A DNA stretch of 64,000 nucleotides, taken from positions 24,048 to 88,047 of the forward strand of contig CAXBFJ010000009.1 in NCBI GenBank assembly GCA_963975245.1, written 5' to 3'. Made by a program: the position numbers and the translations under genes. A model generated the notes under the pieces. It saw only the letters and a program-made list of their open reading frames with translations, searched no databases and was not told the origin of the DNA. Of the stretch, positions 30,489 through 40,005 are shown one piece after another. Each line of letters starts with the position of its first letter. Position 1 is the stretch's first letter. Origin of the DNA: an uncultured Panacagrimonas sp. (GTDB lineage Bacteria > Pseudomonadota > Gammaproteobacteria > Nevskiales > Nevskiaceae).

Positions 30489-32129
30489 TCAGGCGATCTC
30501 GAAGCCCTCGTAGCCTTTCTCCTTGACCTCATCGCAAAGCTGTCGGTAGACACCCACGCCGCCGATATAGCCGAGCAGACGGTTCGTCTTGCCCTCAATA
30601 TTGGCGCCGGTGTACCAGGATTTTGTCTTGGCTACCAAGGTCATGCTGGCCACTTCTTCATGATGGGCGATCCAGTTGGCTTCGGTTTCGGCGCTGGGTT
30701 CGATCTTCGTGGCCTGTTTGGCACGCACATGTTCGATGCAGTCGCTGATCCATTCCACTTGCTGCTGCAGGCAGGTCGGCGCATTGCAGAACGCAGCGGC
30801 CGGTGCCAGCGGTGCCATTGTCATGAACATGTTGGGGAAGCCGTGCACCTGCAGGCCCATGGTGCTGCGCAGGTCACGCTCCCACTCTTCTTTCAGAGAG
30901 ATGTTGTCCCGGCCACGAATATCAATTCGGGTCAGCGCACCCGTTGCGGCGTCAAAGCCGGTGGCGAAGATCAGTACATCCAGATCGTACTCGCCGACAG
31001 AAGTGCGGATGCCTTTCTCGGTGATGGCTTCGATGGCTTCAGTGCGTAAATCGACCAGCGTCACATTGTCGCGGTTATAGGTTTCAAAATAGCCGTTCTC
31101 TAGAGGAACGCGCTTGGTACCGAAACCGTGATCGCTAGGCAACAGTTTCTCGGCCAGTGCCGGGTCCTTGATGCGTGGACGAATCTTGCTTTTGACGAAA
31201 TCTGAAATTTCTTTATTGATGTCCGCGTCCATGAACACTTCCTTGAAGCCGGCCATCCAGAACTTCAAGGAGCCATCTGCCCACAATTCTTCCAGGCGGG
31301 CGAGCCGTTCGTCAGCAGGAACGTCGTGCCAGTCTCGCGGGTCAATGTCGGCATCAAAACCAACGAAGGTATTGCGAACCACTTCCCTGGTCGTTGGGTA
31401 GTTTTGCCGAATCTGTTCAAAGTCAGATTTGCTGTATTGGGGGTTGCGGATGGGAATCGCGTAATTGGGTGTGCGCTGAAAAACCGTGAGATGTGCTGCT
31501 TCAGGCGCAACACTCTGAATGACCTGTATGCCCGTGGCGCCGGTGCCGATGACGGCAAGCCGCTTGCCCTTGAGATCAACCCCTTCCCTGGGCCAGCGGG
31601 CGGTGTGCAGGGTCTTGCCCTTGAAAGCCTTGTTTCCAGCAAATGGCGGCGTGACAGGGGCCGATACCGTGCCGACGCAGGTCACCAGGAACTGTGCGCT
31701 GATTTTTTCGCCGGTGTCGGTCTGTATCAACCATCGCTGCGCGGCCTCATCCCACCGCGCGGACTCCACACGCGTACTGAGGGTGATGTCCTTGCGCAGG
31801 TCAAAGCGGTCAGCGACATGGTTCAGATACCGCTCCGCTTCCTGCTGCCCGGGATAGCGCTCTTGCCAGTCCCACTCGTCGAGGAGTTCGTCAGAGAACC
31901 AGAACTGATAGACGTGCGAGGGCGAGTCCGTGCGCGCGCCCGGATAGCAGTTCCAGTACCAGGTGCCGCCAACTTCAGGGGCGGCTTCAATGGCGCGGAC
32001 CTTCATGCCCTGACCGCGCAGTTTGTGCAGTTGGTAGAGGCCGGAAAAACCAGCGCCGATGATGACGGCGTCGAGCAAAGTCGTTGCGCCGGTCGCGGAA
32101 CGGGCGGCAGTCGCATTGGACGTGGACAT
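30489..32129 (-). CDS. type I Baeyer-Villiger monooxygenase (cyclohexanone/phenylacetone-like)
   Basis: GAGFSG, GGTWYWNCYPGARTD, FKGKTLHTARWP fingerprint, GTGATG, ATGFDA. Start trimmed to 32129. Confidence 0.93.
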   Translation of the reverse strand: MSTSNATAARSATGATTLLDAVIIGAGFSGLYQLHKLRGQGMKVRAIEAAPEVGGTWYWNCYPGARTDSPSHVYQFWFSDELLDEWDWQERYPGQQEAERYLNHVADRFDLRKDITLSTRVESARWDEAAQRWLIQTDTGEKISAQFLVTCVGTVSAPVTPPFAGNKAFKGKTLHTARWPREGVDLKGKRLAVIGTGATGIQVIQSVAPEAAHLTVFQRTPNYAIPIRNPQYSKSDFEQIRQNYPTTREVVRNTFVGFDADIDPRDWHDVPADERLARLEELWADGSLKFWMAGFKEVFMDADINKEISDFVKSKIRPRIKDPALAEKLLPSDHGFGTKRVPLENGYFETYNRDNVTLVDLRTEAIEAITEKGIRTSVGEYDLDVLIFATGFDAATGALTRIDIRGRDNISLKEEWERDLRSTMGLQVHGFPNMFMTMAPLAPAAAFCNAPTCLQQQVEWISDCIEHVRAKQATKIEPSAETEANWIAHHEEVASMTLVAKTKSWYTGANIEGKTNRLLGYIGGVGVYRQLCDEVKEKGYEGFEIA

Positions 32130-32256
32130 GGGTGTTCTCCTCACTCCATTAGTTGAATCATCGCGGGAATCGGCAGTGCCTATGCATCCCATCTGAATTC
32201 ATCATGCACCATGCAACAGAGCCGGAGTTGACTTTGCGCGCGTGATTGTTGTCATT

Positions 32257-33300
32257 ATGCGCAAAAGCGAATCGGAGTCATGGGTGCCCGGAAACCTGAT
32301 CAGAAGTGCCGTTCTCAGCGGTAGCGAGGCCTTGATTCAGTCGCATGGGAAGCGTGCGGCGGGAATCGCGCTGCGTGCCGGAATCCCCATGGAGGCCCTG
32401 CGTGATCCCGATATTCTGATTTCCGGAAGTGCTGCGATTCTGTTCTTCGAGATTGCTGCACAGACTTGTGAAAACCGGACCTGGGGCTTGCAGCTGTCGC
32501 GTAACGCAAGGTTGGCAGCGGTGCTGGGGCCCTTGTGGATTCTGCTCCACAACGCGCGCAATGTTCGTCAGATGCTGGAAGATTTTTCTGCCTACTTCGA
32601 GCTCTACAGTAGCGCCGCAGTCGTGACCTGGGAGAAGCGGCCGGGTGGCGGCGAGCTCAGTTGGTCGGCAGCAGCTGGAAAAGCAGTCAGCGACGTTCAG
32701 ATGGCCGAGTTTTCGCTCAGCACCATCGGTCATGAAATTGCCTCGCATATGCCACACAACTGGACGCCCAAAGCAGTTGGATTCAGGCACGCAGCACCAA
32801 AGGATCTGCGGCTGCATCGCCAGCTGTTCTGTGAGGACGTCTTCTTTGATCAGGACCGCAATAGCCTGTTTCTGGATGACGCCACGCTCGATAGGCCGCT
32901 GCACAGTGCAGGTCATGCCCGCTCGCTGATACGAGGCGTCCTGCAGCACGAGAACGTGGTTGCACGGGCCTCACGTCTGCAAGTGGTGACCAACGTCGAG
33001 AGCATCGTGCGTGCGCTGTTGCCGTTCTCCGCCTGCACCTTGAAGGAAGTCAGTCAGGCCATGGGCTTGCCGACGCGCACTCTGCAGGAGCATCTGCAGC
33101 GAGCAGGCGGCAAGACTTTCAAGCAGATTAAAGACGGCGTTCGCGCGGATCTGGCCATGAAGTATCTGCAACATTCGCAGATGCCAGTGGGACAGATTGC
33201 CGACGTTCTGGGTTACGCGGATATCACGGCATTCAGTCGCTCATTCAGACGCTGGCATGGCCGTAGTGCGCGTGAAGTGCGCGCAACTTCGCTGCACTGA
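32257..33300 (+). CDS. AraC-family transcriptional regulator
   Basis: C-terminal RTLQEHL and IADVLGYADITAFSRSFRRWHG; divergent from the BVMO. Start uncertain (32242-32284). Confidence 0.9.
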   Translation: MRKSESESWVPGNLIRSAVLSGSEALIQSHGKRAAGIALRAGIPMEALRDPDILISGSAAILFFEIAAQTCENRTWGLQLSRNARLAAVLGPLWILLHNARNVRQMLEDFSAYFELYSSAAVVTWEKRPGGGELSWSAAAGKAVSDVQMAEFSLSTIGHEIASHMPHNWTPKAVGFRHAAPKDLRLHRQLFCEDVFFDQDRNSLFLDDATLDRPLHSAGHARSLIRGVLQHENVVARASRLQVVTNVESIVRALLPFSACTLKEVSQAMGLPTRTLQEHLQRAGGKTFKQIKDGVRADLAMKYLQHSQMPVGQIADVLGYADITAFSRSFRRWHGRSAREVRATSLH

Positions 33301-33337
33301 CCCGTCCGTGCGAGTCAGCGCAGCGTTGCACTTTCTC

Positions 33338-34231
33338 TTATTCTTTTGGCGTGAGTTTGTCTTGCGTGCGCAGATCAAAGTCACTAGCGTCATGACGCTC
33401 ATGTAACTGGTCTGAAAGCTCGCCAAAAGGCCGGTTGACCTTGCGTCCGCGTTGCGCAGCCGGCCGCTCTGATATCTGCGCGGTCCAGCGATTCACGTGC
33501 TTGTAGTCCTGCACGGACAAAAACTCACCCGCGTTGTAGAGCAGGCCGCGTGCAAGTGCGCCGTACCAGGGCCAAACGGCCATGTCCGCGATGGAATACT
33601 CCTTGCCGGCAAGATACTCGTGATGGGCAAGATGCTGGTCCAATACGTCAAGCTGTCGTTTGACTTCCATCGTGAAGCGATCTATCGGGTACTCCATCTT
33701 GCTTGGCGCATAGGCATAGAAGTGTCCGAATCCTCCGCCCAGATAGGGCGCGCTGCCCATCTGCCAGAACAGCCAGTTCAGGGCTTCGGTCCGACTCGCA
33801 TGATCCTTTGGAAGGAACGCGCCAAACTTCTCTGCGAGGTAGAGCAGGATGGAGCCGGACTCAAAGACTCGGGTGGGCTCCGCGGTGCTGTGATCCACCA
33901 TCACCGGAATCTTGGAGTTGGGGTTGATCTTCACGTAGCCGCTGGAGAACTGATCACCTTCATTGATGTTGATCAGCCAGGCGTCGTACTCCGCACCGCT
34001 GTGCCCGGCAGCGAGCAGTTCTTCGAACATTACGGTGACTTTCACGCCATTGGGCGTGCCCAGCGAATACAGCTGAAACGGATGTCTCCCAACCGGGAGC
34101 TCCTTGTCATGCGTCGCACCCGCGATGGGGCGATTGATGTTGGCGAACTGACCGCCGCTTTGCTTGTTCCAGGTCCAGACCTTGGGCGGGGTGTAGCTGT
34201 CGTCAGCGGACTTGTTCTCTGGCGTGCTCAT
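33338..34231 (-). CDS. yghU: glutathione-dependent disulfide-bond oxidoreductase (GST nu class)
   Basis: YTPPKVWTW, QLYSLGTPNGVKV, NPNSKIP, FESGSIL, FWQMGSAP. Confidence 0.93.
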   Translation of the reverse strand: MSTPENKSADDSYTPPKVWTWNKQSGGQFANINRPIAGATHDKELPVGRHPFQLYSLGTPNGVKVTVMFEELLAAGHSGAEYDAWLININEGDQFSSGYVKINPNSKIPVMVDHSTAEPTRVFESGSILLYLAEKFGAFLPKDHASRTEALNWLFWQMGSAPYLGGGFGHFYAYAPSKMEYPIDRFTMEVKRQLDVLDQHLAHHEYLAGKEYSIADMAVWPWYGALARGLLYNAGEFLSVQDYKHVNRWTAQISERPAAQRGRKVNRPFGELSDQLHERHDASDFDLRTQDKLTPKE

Positions 34232-34322
34232 GGTTCAGTCTCTCTGTTCAAGGATGAAGGAGTTAATTGCGGCGATTGTTATCGGCAGTCGCCAGCTCAA
34301 GTTTGCGTGCGGATAAACAACA

Positions 34323-35129
34323 TCAGGCTCCTGCAAGCTTGAGTTGCTGGTCGACCAATGGCAGATAACCTTGGCCGAAGAGTCGCAAATGTACCAGTGC
34401 CGGCCAAAGCCGGTAGATGGCCAGGCGTTGTTCATGGCCAGGCTGTGCGCTGCCATAAGCGTCAAAGAACGCAGCGCCGGGAACATCAAACAGTTGCAGC
34501 ATCGCGATGTCCACTTCCGCATCGCCGTAATAGCAGGCGGGGTCAATCAATGCCGCGAGCGATTGGCCCTGCATCAGAATGTTTCCACTCCATAGATCAC
34601 CGTGTAGCAACGCAGACGAAGGCTTTGCAGGCAGGCGATTGGGCAGATCTTGCGCCAGGGCTTCAATGCGTCTTCCGATCTCAGGTGGCAGTGCTGGCAA
34701 ATGCGGCCGCAAGCGACATTGCGCCCAGAAATTGGGCCAGTTGTCATGCCAGGTGTTGGTAATGCTGAGTCCGCCAAATGCGTAGTTCTGCTGCCATCCG
34801 TAGCGTGGTGCCGTGTTGGCATGCAGCCCTTGCAGCGCCAAGCCCAGACTGGCCCAGCCGCTTCTGAGTGATCCGCTGGTCTCAATCCAGGATAGTGCCA
34901 GCACTGTATCGTTTGCCCCAAGCACGGTGGGCGCAGGTGCGCCGCCTTCGCTGATGCAACCGAGCATCTGCGCTTCGATCATCGGCAGGGGCCCGTTCTT
35001 GAACACGACCCGGCTGCCATCGTCGAGTTCGGCGCAGATGATGTCGGAGAGATCTCCGCCGGCCAGCGGTGTTTCGCTGCGCACCGAGCGATGAAGCAGC
35101 GAAGCACCCTGCTGTGCCAGTGGGCTCAC
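34323..35129 (-). CDS. fructosamine/ribulosamine 3-kinase family
   Basis: LHGDLWSGN, LIDPACYYGDAEVDIAML, YRLWPALVHL; GTG start 1 bp after the upstream phosphatase stop. Confidence 0.9.
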   Translation of the reverse strand: MSPLAQQGASLLHRSVRSETPLAGGDLSDIICAELDDGSRVVFKNGPLPMIEAQMLGCISEGGAPAPTVLGANDTVLALSWIETSGSLRSGWASLGLALQGLHANTAPRYGWQQNYAFGGLSITNTWHDNWPNFWAQCRLRPHLPALPPEIGRRIEALAQDLPNRLPAKPSSALLHGDLWSGNILMQGQSLAALIDPACYYGDAEVDIAMLQLFDVPGAAFFDAYGSAQPGHEQRLAIYRLWPALVHLRLFGQGYLPLVDQQLKLAGA

Positions 35130-35130
35130 A

Positions 35131-35601
35131 TCAGCTTCCCTTGAGTTTCCTGACCAGCGCCGCTGCACCCGCACTGACATCGCGCCAGGTTGTTTCAAAG
35201 CCGTCTGCATCGCCGTAGTAGGGGTCGGCCACATCGCCGCCCTGATTCTCGACATGGTCCAGCAACAGGCTCAGTTGTGCGGCTGAATCTGCGGGCTTCA
35301 GATCATGTAGGTCAGCAAGGTTCTGCCGGTCCATTGCAACGATATGGGAAAAGCGTGCGAAGTCGGCAGCGTTGACCTGTCGTGCGCGATAGCGGCTGAT
35401 GTCCTGCCCATGCTTGCGGGCCACCGCCTGTGCGCGCGCATCAGGCGCATGCCCGATGTGCCAGTCGCCTGTACCTGCCGAATCAATCTCAATGCGCAGA
35501 CCAGCATGTGCGGCTTCTGCGCGTAGCGCAGCTTCGGCCAGTGGTGAGCGACAGATGTTTCCCAGGCAAACCAGCAGGACGGATGTGGTTTCATTCGGCA
35601 T
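35131..35601 (-). CDS. low-molecular-weight protein tyrosine phosphatase
   Basis: VCLGNICRSP P-loop, DSAGTGDWHIG, VADPYYG. Confidence 0.95.
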   Translation of the reverse strand: MPNETTSVLLVCLGNICRSPLAEAALRAEAAHAGLRIEIDSAGTGDWHIGHAPDARAQAVARKHGQDISRYRARQVNAADFARFSHIVAMDRQNLADLHDLKPADSAAQLSLLLDHVENQGGDVADPYYGDADGFETTWRDVSAGAAALVRKLKGS

Positions 35602-35763
35602 GCGAATATTCTCGTGATTGATTCGGGTGGCAGCGAGCGTCTCTATTCTAGTTGCCATGACGTGATCGTTCTCACATCGGCGATGCCCAATGTGGAACTG
35701 CATGCCAATGAGTTCGCTAAAGTAAGGGCAGTTGCCGGACAGACTGACGCTTGGGGAGAGCCA

Positions 35764-37143
35764 ATGCGCCGCAGAAGCAAACATCTTCAGAACACATGCG
35801 CCCTCATCGGCGCGTTTATGCTGCTTGGGCAGGGTACGGCGATATCGTCGGAGTCATCACAACGCCCGGTAGCGGAGCCTCAGTTGCGCATGAGTTCCGG
35901 ACTCGCGCATCAGCCTGCTTCATTGCCACCACCCCCGGCGGTGGAAGACGTGCCGGGATTGGTTCGCTATTACCTGAAGGAACATCCGCGCCTCAAGCCG
36001 CCGCCCGAAGCGATAGAGGCCATGGCCCGTTACTACTGCAGTGAGCATCCGCAGCTGCCGATGCCTGCAGGTCTGATGCGGCGCATGTACCAGTACTACG
36101 CGGTTGAAAACCCCAATGCGCGTCCGCCGGAAGGATTGTGGGCCCGGATCGACGAGGATCGTCGTCGCGCTTCAAGTCATGGTGTTGCACCCGAGTGGAG
36201 TGACGGCAGGCATGTCTTTGATGGCCCGCGGCAGATGCCCGATGAGCGCGAGAAAGCCAAGCCCGCACCAGTGCTCATGCCGGCTCCAGACCCCGTTGCC
36301 GCGCCAGATGAGCCGGAGCCAGATTCATCGCCGGAACCAACCCCCGTCGCTGAGCCTGTGGCAGGGGATGGAGATGAGCAGGAACAGGTTCCCGCAACCG
36401 CGCCAGTACCTGCACCTGCACCAACTCCAGCACCAGAAGTCGTAACAGCGGGCGAGGCCGACAAAGTGCCGGTTCAAACCCCTGTCGCCGGCGGTGCGGC
36501 GTCTGCGGCGACAGACTGGACGCCCGTCGCGGTGACGCAGCTCAGTGAGGAGGAGCTCAAATCCTCCGACCCGATTCAATTGCGCGCTGTGGTGTCCCTG
36601 CAACGCAGTGTTTCGCAGCTCGAAGCTTTCCTGCGCGAAGAGTTCAGAAAGGATGACGCGGATGCAGTGCCGGGCGCCGCACGCCCGACCCAGTTGGCTG
36701 CTGAAAACTGGAACAATTTTGTCGAGATTGGCGCCTATGTCCGAAACTGCCCCGAATTCATGCAGTGCGACGCGCTCAATGAACGGCGAAGCTTCAACCC
36801 GGACCTGATGTCCTGGGTGTGGAATCTTTCTCTTAAGCCTGAGATCGAGGCCACGCAGGACTCCGGCATCCTGCACGTGGAGTTTCGGGGTTTTGACCAG
36901 GCCAGCACCACGCAGGGCGAGGGCGTTTTGATCGAGGCCATTCCGGTGGTGCGGCTGAAATTCCGCCTCGAATGCGACGGTCCCTGTGTGCAGGGCAAGT
37001 TGAAGGCGGTTGCGGAATCGCTGGAGGTGACCAAGGGCATCCTTGGCAGCCTGCAAGGTATCCTGATTTCCGTCGGGGCCATTGTTGCCCTGCTTGCAGG
37101 CTGGTTTGGCTTTCGCCGCAAGAAGACGACGGACGCGGCCTGA
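35764..37143 (+). CDS. exported, C-terminally anchored hypothetical protein with 21-aa repeats and a Pro-rich linker
   Basis: Signal-like N-terminus; three YYxxE[HN]P repeats; Pro/Ala/Glu linker; Cys-containing globular region; terminal TM helix plus FRRKK. Start uncertain. Confidence 0.75.
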   Translation: MRRRSKHLQNTCALIGAFMLLGQGTAISSESSQRPVAEPQLRMSSGLAHQPASLPPPPAVEDVPGLVRYYLKEHPRLKPPPEAIEAMARYYCSEHPQLPMPAGLMRRMYQYYAVENPNARPPEGLWARIDEDRRRASSHGVAPEWSDGRHVFDGPRQMPDEREKAKPAPVLMPAPDPVAAPDEPEPDSSPEPTPVAEPVAGDGDEQEQVPATAPVPAPAPTPAPEVVTAGEADKVPVQTPVAGGAASAATDWTPVAVTQLSEEELKSSDPIQLRAVVSLQRSVSQLEAFLREEFRKDDADAVPGAARPTQLAAENWNNFVEIGAYVRNCPEFMQCDALNERRSFNPDLMSWVWNLSLKPEIEATQDSGILHVEFRGFDQASTTQGEGVLIEAIPVVRLKFRLECDGPCVQGKLKAVAESLEVTKGILGSLQGILISVGAIVALLAGWFGFRRKKTTDAA

Positions 37144-37156
37144 AGTCTCAGGCAGC

Positions 37157-37819
37157 TCAGAGCCCCTGGCTTAGTCCTTCGACGAAACGGTGCAGGCCGC
37201 GTTTCACGCGTTGATGAAATTTCTCATCAACGTAGGGCGCCAGTGTCATCGCTATCAGTTCGAGGCCATGTGCAATTGATGCCTGGTCCACACGCTCGTT
37301 GACGCGATAAAACTCTGCATGACGAGGCCATCCGTTCCACAGTACCCACATGTTCTCCGCAAGATTCACGCAATCCTTATCACTTGCGTGCACAGCGCCA
37401 GGGGCACGCGTAACTACTTTCTGAATGATTCGCCGCACCATGTCCATGCCCTCGATGCTGAACTCCCTATACTCCTTGGCCAGTTCCGGATCGCGTTGCG
37501 TCAGTTCGAGCGCTGACGACACCATGAATCGATAGCGCCACAGCACCATCGCGCCTTCAGAGTAATAAGTGACCAGCTGAGCTTCGTCGACCTCGCCGCT
37601 GGCGGGCAGCGAAAGTGTCTCGGAGAGTTCCTTGCGGAGCCGGCGAAGTACCTCGCGGACAATCTCTTCCCGGTTGGCGAAGTGGTAGTAGAGGTTGCCC
37701 GGACTGATCTTGAGATGTTCGGCAATCTGCGAGGTGCCGACACCGCCGCCTTGTTCGCCCATCAGTGCAATCGCGGTCTCAATAATGCGCTCGCGATTAC
37801 TGACGCGTCTCTCCTTCAT
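37157..37819 (-). CDS. TetR/AcrR-family transcriptional regulator
   Basis: NRERIIETAIAL...IAEHLKISPGNLYYHF HTH; start at 37819 or 37843; divergent from the SDR-P450 operon. Confidence 0.92.
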   Translation of the reverse strand: MKERRVSNRERIIETAIALMGEQGGGVGTSQIAEHLKISPGNLYYHFANREEIVREVLRRLRKELSETLSLPASGEVDEAQLVTYYSEGAMVLWRYRFMVSSALELTQRDPELAKEYREFSIEGMDMVRRIIQKVVTRAPGAVHASDKDCVNLAENMWVLWNGWPRHAEFYRVNERVDQASIAHGLELIAMTLAPYVDEKFHQRVKRGLHRFVEGLSQGL

Positions 37820-37878
37820 TCGTTTCCTGGGCTCCTGATTCATGCGTGGTCTGAGGGCGCGGTTGTCTCTTCCGCCTA

Positions 37879-37931
37879 TTGACATTCTCCCAGAATGGAG
37901 TAAAAAGTCTAATTAGAGTGTTTACTCTAAT
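37879..37931 (+). promoter_or_regulatory. sigma70-like promoter plus palindromic operator
   Basis: TTGACA at 37879, TAAAAA at 37901 (16-bp spacer), then perfect inverted repeat ATTAGAGT-GTTT-ACTCTAAT (37912-37931). Confidence 0.7.
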
Positions 37932-37983
37932 AAAGAAATAGCGGCTCAGATGGCCCGCAGACAATTCGGAGCGAGATCAAAAT

Positions 37984-38742
37984 ATGGAAAAAATACTTGC
38001 AGGACGCAGGATTATTGTGACCGGCGCCGCTACTGGTATTGGTCAGGCCGCAGCGCGTGCCATCTCTGCGCAGGGCGCCGCCGTGGCGCTCTGGGATATC
38101 GACGGCGAAGCTGTCGCGGCTCTGGCCAAGGAACTGACAAGTGAGGCCGCTCCTTGCGTGGGGATCGGTGTGGATGTGGTCTCCAACGCGGCCGTATCGC
38201 AGGCGATGGCTCAAACTCTGCACGCCCTTGGTGGTGTTGATGGTGCGTTCAATAATGCCGGCATCGGTGCTAAATCCGTGCCCATCGACGAGATTGATGA
38301 GGCGGACTTCGATCGTATTGTCGGGGTCAATCTGAAAGGTGTCTGGCTGTGCATGAAGCATCAGATTGGGCAGATGAAAGCGGGTAACGGTGGCGCCATC
38401 GTCAACAACGCTTCGGTCGCCGGTCTGGTTGGCTTCCAGGGGCAGGCCGGTTACTCGGCCACCAAGCATGGCGTTATAGGGCTGAGCAAATCAGCCGCCG
38501 TGGAATGTGCCCCCGTCAAGATTCGCGTCAATGCCGTCTGTCCCGGCGCGGTTCGCACGCCCATCCTTCGACATCTCGAAGCCGCTGGTGTGACAGAGGC
38601 CATGCTTGAGTCGATGTCGCCTCAGGGGCGAATCGCGGAACCCTCTGAAATTGCGGAAGCCGTCGTTTGGCTTCTTTCTGAAAAATCCAGTTTTGTCACC
38701 GGCGCCGCAATGCCGATCGATGGCGGCTGGACCACCCAATAA
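37984..38742 (+). CDS. short-chain dehydrogenase/reductase
   Basis: TGAATGIG, FNNAG, YSATKHG, NAVCPG. Confidence 0.93.
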   Translation: MEKILAGRRIIVTGAATGIGQAAARAISAQGAAVALWDIDGEAVAALAKELTSEAAPCVGIGVDVVSNAAVSQAMAQTLHALGGVDGAFNNAGIGAKSVPIDEIDEADFDRIVGVNLKGVWLCMKHQIGQMKAGNGGAIVNNASVAGLVGFQGQAGYSATKHGVIGLSKSAAVECAPVKIRVNAVCPGAVRTPILRHLEAAGVTEAMLESMSPQGRIAEPSEIAEAVVWLLSEKSSFVTGAAMPIDGGWTTQ

Positions 38743-38761
38743 TTCCGCACAGGAGAGATAC

Positions 38762-39985
38762 ATGAGCGACGCACAAGAAATTCCGTCCGTCCCCGGTGGC
38801 GACTGGTGTGGGGCCGATCCTTTCGAGCCCAGCTTCCGTGACGATCCCTATCCCGCACTGAATGGTTTGCGAGAAAGGGATCCGGTCAATCTGACACCCG
38901 TGGGAACCTGGCGCATCAGTCGATACGACGATGTGATGAAGATTTTTCGTGAGGCCAAGACCAGCCAGACGCTGTCCAACGGCGAATCTCCCAACTTCGA
39001 TCCGCTGGACAAGCGCGGCAGCTTTCTCGAGTTCATGCTCAACAAAGATGGCGACGAGCACATGCGCCTGCGCAGGCTGGCGACGCTGACCCTGAACCCC
39101 AAGACCGCTCGATTGATGGAGGATGAAGTCAAGCTGACGGTCAAGGATTCCATGGACGCCGCGCTTGAACGCGGCGGCATGGATGTGGTTCCTCACATGG
39201 CGCACAACGTGCCCTCGCGCATGGTCTGCAAGATCATGGGGATTCCGGAAAGTGATCGCGAAAAATTCAATGAATGGACCGCGGCGCGCACTAATGCATT
39301 CTTCGCCAAGTTCCTGCCGCCGGAAGTCCAGCAGCGCACGCGTGACGCCGGAAATGCCATGGCGGATTACTTTGAGGCGCTGCTGCCGGAGCGGCGCAAG
39401 AACCTGGGCGATGATCTGATCAGCACCATGATCAAGGCCAATGATGCTGCCGACAAACTCGACGATGATGCACTGATCATTCAGGCCATCGGCATCATCA
39501 TCGCCGGCTATGAGACCACCATCGGCCTGATCGGCAATGGCATGCGCGCCCTGATGGATCACCCGGATCAGATGAACAAGCTGCGCGAAAAGCCGGAGCT
39601 GATCAACAACGCGGTCAACGAGATCCTGCGTTTCGATGCACCGATCCTGTTCAACTGGCGTGTGCTGGAAGAGCCCTACGAGGTCGGCGGCAAGACCTTG
39701 CCTGCAGACGCCGTCATCTGGCAGATGCTCGCCTGTGCCAATCATGATCCGGCTCGGTTCGAGAATCCGGATGTCTTTGATATCGAGCGCAAGGATGTGG
39801 CGCACCAATCCTTTGGTGGCGGTGTTCACCACTGCATAGGCAATACGCTCGCGCGCATGGAGGCGCGTCACGCTTTCACCGAATTTGTCCAGCGCACCAA
39901 AGGTCTGAAGATCGAGCAGGGCAAGCTCGAATGGTCGCACTCGTTTTTCCGCGTCATGGCATCACTGCCGATCACTTTCAAATAA
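38762..39985 (+). CDS. cytochrome P450
   Basis: AGYETT I-helix, EILR (ExxR), FGGGVHHCIG heme motif; AGGAGA RBS. Confidence 0.96.
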   Translation: MSDAQEIPSVPGGDWCGADPFEPSFRDDPYPALNGLRERDPVNLTPVGTWRISRYDDVMKIFREAKTSQTLSNGESPNFDPLDKRGSFLEFMLNKDGDEHMRLRRLATLTLNPKTARLMEDEVKLTVKDSMDAALERGGMDVVPHMAHNVPSRMVCKIMGIPESDREKFNEWTAARTNAFFAKFLPPEVQQRTRDAGNAMADYFEALLPERRKNLGDDLISTMIKANDAADKLDDDALIIQAIGIIIAGYETTIGLIGNGMRALMDHPDQMNKLREKPELINNAVNEILRFDAPILFNWRVLEEPYEVGGKTLPADAVIWQMLACANHDPARFENPDVFDIERKDVAHQSFGGGVHHCIGNTLARMEARHAFTEFVQRTKGLKIEQGKLEWSHSFFRVMASLPITFK

Positions 39986-40005
39986 ATCTATTGAGGAGAT
40001 ATTTC

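Noticed and set aside
38696-39940. 414-aa antisense ORF opposite the P450 (similar: 53408..54763, 15005..16009, 62922..63764, 42081..42809)
   Set aside because: Shadow frames of codon-biased high-GC genes; no motifs, and the opposite strand encodes clear proteins.
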